Below, piece after piece: positions 59,664 through 64,000 of a stretch of DNA of 64,000 bases. The notes beneath the pieces were generated by a model. That model saw only the letters and a list, made by a program, of their open reading frames with translations. It did no database searches and was not told the DNA's origin. The translations under genes and the position numbers were made by a program. Numbering within the stretch: the stretch's first letter is position 1; each line of letters starts with the position of its first letter. Source of the stretch: Deltaproteobacteria bacterium (GTDB lineage: Bacteria > Bdellovibrionota_C > UBA2361 > SZUA-149 > JADZAE01); contig JADZAE010000075.1 in the NCBI GenBank assembly GCA_020852715.1, positions 23,960-87,959 of the forward strand, in the 5' to 3' direction.

Positions 59664-60239
59664 ATGAACAACGGGATTTCTTATAAAATTATCAGTAGAT
59701 ATCTTGCTGCTTGCTGTTTTTTTGTAATTATTGTCGCACTTTTATGGGGACGAAAATTACAAAATACTTTTCCTGCCGGCATTGACTACTTTACTGAGCT
59801 AGGGGTTGTTTGCTTATTAAGTGTTATCATCATCGCCTACTACCATTTTCGTTATCAACTCTCCCTGGTTAGACCTTTCTTTTTGTTGTTCGTCCTAACA
59901 TTATTTTTTGCACTTATTACGTTATCGGCATATTTAGTTATTAGTATTTTCGTTCAGACCGATATTGAGCAAATGCATTTAGTTAAATATGGATTTTTTG
60001 CTTTCTTTATATTTTATGGTCACTCCTCCCCATCTAAATGGAAGCGTTTTATCGTCGCTATGTCTTTGTCCTCTTTAGTTGGAATCTCAGAAGAAGTTCT
60101 GCAAATTTGGGTTCCGGAAAGAGTTTTTGACTACAAAGATATAAGGTTTAACCTAGTCTCCTGTTTTATCGGCTCAAGTTTTGCTTTATTCTTCACACTG
60201 CTAAAAAACAAACTTGTTATGAAAATCCAGCCCAGCTAA
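59664..60239 (+). CDS. VanZ-family membrane protein
   Basis: LVGISEEVLQIWVPERVFDYKDI is the conserved EExxQ motif, with 4-5 TM helices. Confidence 0.55.
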   Translation: MNNGISYKIISRYLAACCFFVIIVALLWGRKLQNTFPAGIDYFTELGVVCLLSVIIIAYYHFRYQLSLVRPFFLLFVLTLFFALITLSAYLVISIFVQTDIEQMHLVKYGFFAFFIFYGHSSPSKWKRFIVAMSLSSLVGISEEVLQIWVPERVFDYKDIRFNLVSCFIGSSFALFFTLLKNKLVMKIQPS

Positions 60240-60527
60240 GTCATTAAAGAGGGTAATAATTTTTGCTTTCCTAGCTAGGGTTAAGATAAAAGGAACTACT
60301 CGTTTTGTTGAAATTTTGCGTTCAAGTTTAGCCGTTGACTCTCCGATTAATATTTATATCCTGAAACTTTCAGTATTTGCGTATACTTAACCAGACCCTA
60401 ACATTTTTGAAGTAAAACTACGCACATGCTCATCTAACTGAGTATAGTTAAGTTTTCGGGGGTAGGAAGGCTTCGATTATATCGATTCCCAATTGGTAGG
60501 ATTTATTAGGTTTTTTTGAGGTTAGCA

Positions 60528-61790
60528 GTGATTAACAAAAACGACAAATACTTAAAGCAAACGACTTTATATTGTTCCTTTTGCGGCAAGCACCAGGATG
60601 ATGTGCGAAAATTGGTAGCCGGTCCGAGTGTTTATATTTGTGATGAATGCGTAAGTCTTTGCAATGATATTTTAACAGAAGAGCTAGAAGTTAAGGCTGG
60701 CGAAAAAAAGCAAGGCAAGTTGTTAACGCCTCAGGAAATTAAAGATCACTTAGACCAATATATTATCGGCCAAGAACATGCCAAAAAGATTTTATCAGTT
60801 GCCGTACATAATCATTATAAGCGCATAGAGAAGGGGAGTTTAAAATTACCTGATGCAATTGAAATTCAAAAATCAAATATCCTACTTCTCGGCCCCACCG
60901 GCTCAGGAAAAACGCTTCTTGCCCAAACCTTGGCGAAACTACTAGATGTGCCTTTTACAATAGCTGATGCTACCAATTTAACCGAGGCCGGATATGTCGG
61001 CGAAGATGTCGAGAACATTATTTCCAACTTATTACAAGCTGCTGACTATGATGTCGAACGCGCGCAACGTGGCATAATATACATTGATGAGATAGATAAA
61101 ATTTCCAGAAAATCTGACAGCCCCTCTGTGACACGTGATGTTTCCGGAGAAGGAGTGCAGCAGGCATTACTAAAGATTATCGAAGGCACAGTGGCTCATG
61201 TTCCACCAAAAGGCGGACGCAAACATCCGCAGCAAGAAATGTTAGATGTGGATACTACTAACATCTTGTTTATTTGCGGCGGTGCCTTTGCCGGGCTAGA
61301 AAAGATCATTAATAAACGCATGGGTTCAAATAAGATCGGTTTTGGCGAAAATGTTGTAAAAATCAACGAGCACAAAGAAAACGCCCTTAATGAGGTTGAG
61401 ACCAAAGATTTGCTCGGTTATGGTTTGATTCCGGAATTAATCGGGCGTTTGCCAATTGTCGCTACGCTAAATGAATTAGCAGAAGCAGACCTTGTACGCG
61501 TACTTCTCGAGCCAAAAAACGCTTTAATTAAGCAGTATCAGCATCTATTTAGCTACAGCAATGTTCTGCTAAGTTTTACTGATAATGCGATTAAAGAAAT
61601 AGCTCGCCTGGCTATCAAGCGCAGTTGTGGAGCACGTGGCCTAAGGGCAATTATTGAAAACGCTATGCTGGACACCATGTTCGATATTCCAAGTAAAAAG
61701 GATATTCGTGAAGTGGTTATTTCTGACAAAGTAATAACCGGCGCAGAAAAACCATTGCTGATACCAGAAAATCAAGTAGCTAATCACTAA
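60528..61790 (+). CDS. clpX: ATP-dependent Clp protease ATP-binding subunit ClpX
   Basis: The zinc-binding region is LYCSFCGK...[13 protein letters not shown], with Walker A GPTGSGKT. The GTG start at 60528 has GAGG 6 nt upstream. No clpP is adjacent. Confidence 0.9.
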   Translation: MINKNDKYLKQTTLYCSFCGKHQDDVRKLVAGPSVYICDECVSLCNDILTEELEVKAGEKKQGKLLTPQEIKDHLDQYIIGQEHAKKILSVAVHNHYKRIEKGSLKLPDAIEIQKSNILLLGPTGSGKTLLAQTLAKLLDVPFTIADATNLTEAGYVGEDVENIISNLLQAADYDVERAQRGIIYIDEIDKISRKSDSPSVTRDVSGEGVQQALLKIIEGTVAHVPPKGGRKHPQQEMLDVDTTNILFICGGAFAGLEKIINKRMGSNKIGFGENVVKINEHKENALNEVETKDLLGYGLIPELIGRLPIVATLNELAEADLVRVLLEPKNALIKQYQHLFSYSNVLLSFTDNAIKEIARLAIKRSCGARGLRAIIENAMLDTMFDIPSKKDIREVVISDKVITGAEKPLLIPENQVANH

Positions 61791-61891
61791 CTTAAGCTCA
61801 GCTATAAAAAAGTCCCCTATCGTTTCCTTCTGTATCTCGAGATGCTATAAGCTGTTCCGACTTAGCGCATTTTTTACGATGGGTTTAATAA

Positions 61892-62458
61892 ATGATTAAT
61901 TCACCAAAACTACTTCCAATTTATCCTAATCCTTGGAAAACTCTGAGCAGTAAAATTATTTACTCCAACCCCTGGATGCAGATCAGAGAAGACCAAGTGA
62001 TTAGACCTGATGGCAACTCGGGAATTTATGGGTTGGTGGAAGCGCGCACAGCAACAGGAGTAGTAGCTGTAACCGAACAAAATGAAATTATTCTTGTTGG
62101 TCAATATCGTTATCCTACCGAACGTTATTCTTGGGAAATCATTGAGGGTGGTTCTGAAAAAGGCGAATCTTCGCTCAGCGCAGCGCAAAGGGAATTAAAA
62201 GAGGAAGCAGGAATCATTGCTCAGAATTGGTTACAACTTGGCGGAGATGTACAGCTTAGTAACTGTTTTACAAACGAAATAGGACATCTTTTTCTAGCAT
62301 GTAATTTAACTTTTATTGAATCTGCGCCTGAAGGCACTGAGGTTTTAGAAGTAAGAAAAGTTACCATTGATACTTGCAGGGAAATGCTCCAAAGTGGGGA
62401 AATTGAGGACGCGATGAGCATTATTGGGCTTTACCGATATTTGGACTTAGTTCGCTAG
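61892..62458 (+). CDS. NUDIX hydrolase (ADP-ribose pyrophosphatase-like)
   Basis: The Nudix box is GGSEKGESSLSAAQRELKEEAGI. Confidence 0.75.
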   Translation: MINSPKLLPIYPNPWKTLSSKIIYSNPWMQIREDQVIRPDGNSGIYGLVEARTATGVVAVTEQNEIILVGQYRYPTERYSWEIIEGGSEKGESSLSAAQRELKEEAGIIAQNWLQLGGDVQLSNCFTNEIGHLFLACNLTFIESAPEGTEVLEVRKVTIDTCREMLQSGEIEDAMSIIGLYRYLDLVR

Positions 62459-63188
62459 GCTGCTTCTCAATTTTTTTGCTCAATTCTGCCTTATGTCGCA
62501 TACGAATGTTTAACACTTCAATCCCCAGGGAAAAGGCCATAGCAAAATACACATAATTACGATCTAAATGCTTTCCGAAGCCCTCAGCTAAGAGCAATAC
62601 CCCAACCAGTAACAAGAAAGATAAAGCTAAAATTTTCAAGGTCGGGTGGTTCTCGATAAACTTAGAAATGGTTCCGGCAAAAAATAACATTACGGTAACT
62701 GCAACAACAATCGCAGCAATCATAATGGAAATTTGCTGGGCCATGCCGATGGCCGTAATAACCGAATCCAACGAAAATACTATGTCCAAAAGCACAATCT
62801 GGATAATAACCGAGAGGAAAGTCCCCTTTTCATGCACTGGCGCCTTATGTGCTTCGTGAGCTTCTACGTTGTGGTGTATTTCCATTGTCGCCTTGGCTAA
62901 TAAAAATAAGCCCCCTAGTAGCAAGATTAAATCTCGACCGCTAATTTCTTTCCCGAGGACAGAAAATAAAGGGGCTGTCAGTTGTATCAACCATGATATA
63001 ATCAGTAATAAACCTATGCGCAAAAACATTGCTAGCCCAATGCCTAGTTGTCTGGCTCTGGTTCTGTATGGTTCTTGTAATCGCTGTGCAGTAACGGCCG
63101 TAAAAACTATATTGTCTATACCTAAAACAATTTCTATCGCTGTGAGCGATAGAAATGCACTGAGCATGTCAATTGATAAAATTTCCAT
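62421..63188 (-). CDS. terC: TerC-family integral membrane protein
   Basis: LGIDNIVFTAV... is the TerC/Alx signature, with multiple TM helices. Confidence 0.7.
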   Translation of the reverse strand: MEILSIDMLSAFLSLTAIEIVLGIDNIVFTAVTAQRLQEPYRTRARQLGIGLAMFLRIGLLLIISWLIQLTAPLFSVLGKEISGRDLILLLGGLFLLAKATMEIHHNVEAHEAHKAPVHEKGTFLSVIIQIVLLDIVFSLDSVITAIGMAQQISIMIAAIVVAVTVMLFFAGTISKFIENHPTLKILALSFLLLVGVLLLAEGFGKHLDRNYVYFAMAFSLGIEVLNIRMRHKAELSKKIEKQPSELSPNIGKAQ

Positions 63189-63278
63189 TAGTCATCCCTG
63201 CTTGTCTGGCCTGCTATTATCCGTTGCCTTACAGGAGCCAATACTGCATAAGAATTGTGCATAAGTAAAGGATCAATA

Positions 63279-63926
63279 ATGGAATATAAATATCAAATTA
63301 TCATCTATGACCTTGACAGCACCCTTATTGATTCTCAGTGGGACATTGCTGATTCTTTAGTCTATGTGTTGAACGAGCTTAAAATAAACTGCCCTGAATA
63401 TTCTCAGATAGTCATGGGGCATCGTAATGGCGCTCTTGCTTACTTAAAAACCCTGCTTACTTCCGAGGTAACTTTTGAGCGAGCGGCAATTCTTTTTAAA
63501 AAACACTTACTCGCTAACCTCACCAATAAAACATGCCCATTTCCTCACGTTACCGAAACCCTCAGCTCGCTAAGGCGCGATATTAAGCAAGTTATTCTAA
63601 CTGATAAGCCTAGCGAGTTTACTACCCCAACAATAGCTAGCCTAAAAATAGAAGGGTATTTTGATGCTATATATTCCGGAGACTCGTTTACCGAAAAGAA
63701 GCCTAGTGCTCAACCGGTGTTGGAAATTCTAACAACTTTTAATATTCCTAAAGAGAAAGCACTTATTGTCGGTGATTCAATAAAAGATATTTTATGCGGT
63801 AAAAACGCAGGTATCGATACCTGCGGAGTAACTTACGGGACTAGCGAAAGGGAGGCACTGGAAGCATTATCCCCTACTTATGTCATTGAAGATTTTGCGG
63901 AATTATCTGTGCTTGCTAGAGCTTAA
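63279..63926 (+). CDS. HAD-family hydrolase (phosphoglycolate phosphatase-like)
   Basis: IIIYDLDSTLIDS is the DxD motif I. The C-terminal GDSxxD motif is present. The start MEYKYQ is inferred. Confidence 0.7.
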   Translation: MEYKYQIIIYDLDSTLIDSQWDIADSLVYVLNELKINCPEYSQIVMGHRNGALAYLKTLLTSEVTFERAAILFKKHLLANLTNKTCPFPHVTETLSSLRRDIKQVILTDKPSEFTTPTIASLKIEGYFDAIYSGDSFTEKKPSAQPVLEILTTFNIPKEKALIVGDSIKDILCGKNAGIDTCGVTYGTSEREALEALSPTYVIEDFAELSVLARA

Positions 63927-63927
63927 A

Positions 63928-64000
63928 GCAAAAAACGGCAGTAGCCGTTTTATTAACCCTAAAAAACTCAATCTATCTCTTTAGGTAGCCCTCAAAAAAT
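63928..64000. terminator. Terminator cassette (AAAAAACGGCAGTAGCCGTTTTATT...) identical to 15236-15330 in reverse orientation
   Basis: The hairpin AACGGCAGTAGCCGTT followed by a T-run sits immediately after the HAD stop. The flanking sequence CTCTTTAGGTAGCCCTCAAAAAA is conserved. Confidence 0.65.

Noticed and set aside
60528-61790. Missing clpP upstream of clpX as a sign of misassembly
   Set aside because: ClpX is full-length, with the zinc-finger and AAA+ modules. clpP can be encoded elsewhere, as clpS-clpA are here. Not anomalous enough to flag.

Overview
This is a roughly 40-42% GC stretch of a Gram-negative bacterial chromosome with a lipid A/LPS pathway (LpxC, KdsC-like). Taken together, cmoB, clpS-clpA, a gspL-M-N-like module and a K+-independent H+-PPase suggest a gammaproteobacterium, possibly host-associated (Legionellales-like); that is low-confidence inference. 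The window runs from a heavily decayed glycan/nucleotide-sugar locus at 1-7.1 kb into an intact glycosyltransferase cluster at 7.5-15 kb. Two of the cluster's genes pair a catalytic domain with a C-terminal TPR region, and an upstream pseudogene shows a likely third example. Next comes a GspL/M/N-like membrane module, then a receiver(REC)-LpxC fusion gene downstream of purA and a ferredoxin. After that come housekeeping genes (cmoB, purQ/purS, dacC-like, glk, mgtC, hppA, a P-type ATPase, clpS-clpA, clpX, fabD, plsY), several secreted or effector-like unknowns, and a decayed tail-fibre/beta-propeller region. An orphan short flagellin sits between two unusual signalling proteins and a tRNA-Pro. 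Three tRNAs are present (Cys-GCA, Pro-TGG, Pro-CGG). The most distinctive non-coding content is several families of intergenic repeats. Rep-A is a composite operator + extended -10 + structured ~180-nt leader module that recurs, in the same orientation, upstream of three operons. Rep-B is a hairpin-rich element and Rep-C is a GC-rich MITE-like element with terminal inverted repeats; a conserved terminator cassette also recurs. Pseudogenes in the glycan locus are interrupted mostly by in-frame nonsense codons (TAG, TAA and TGA all occur) rather than frameshifts. No CRISPR array, rRNA or intact mobile element was seen.
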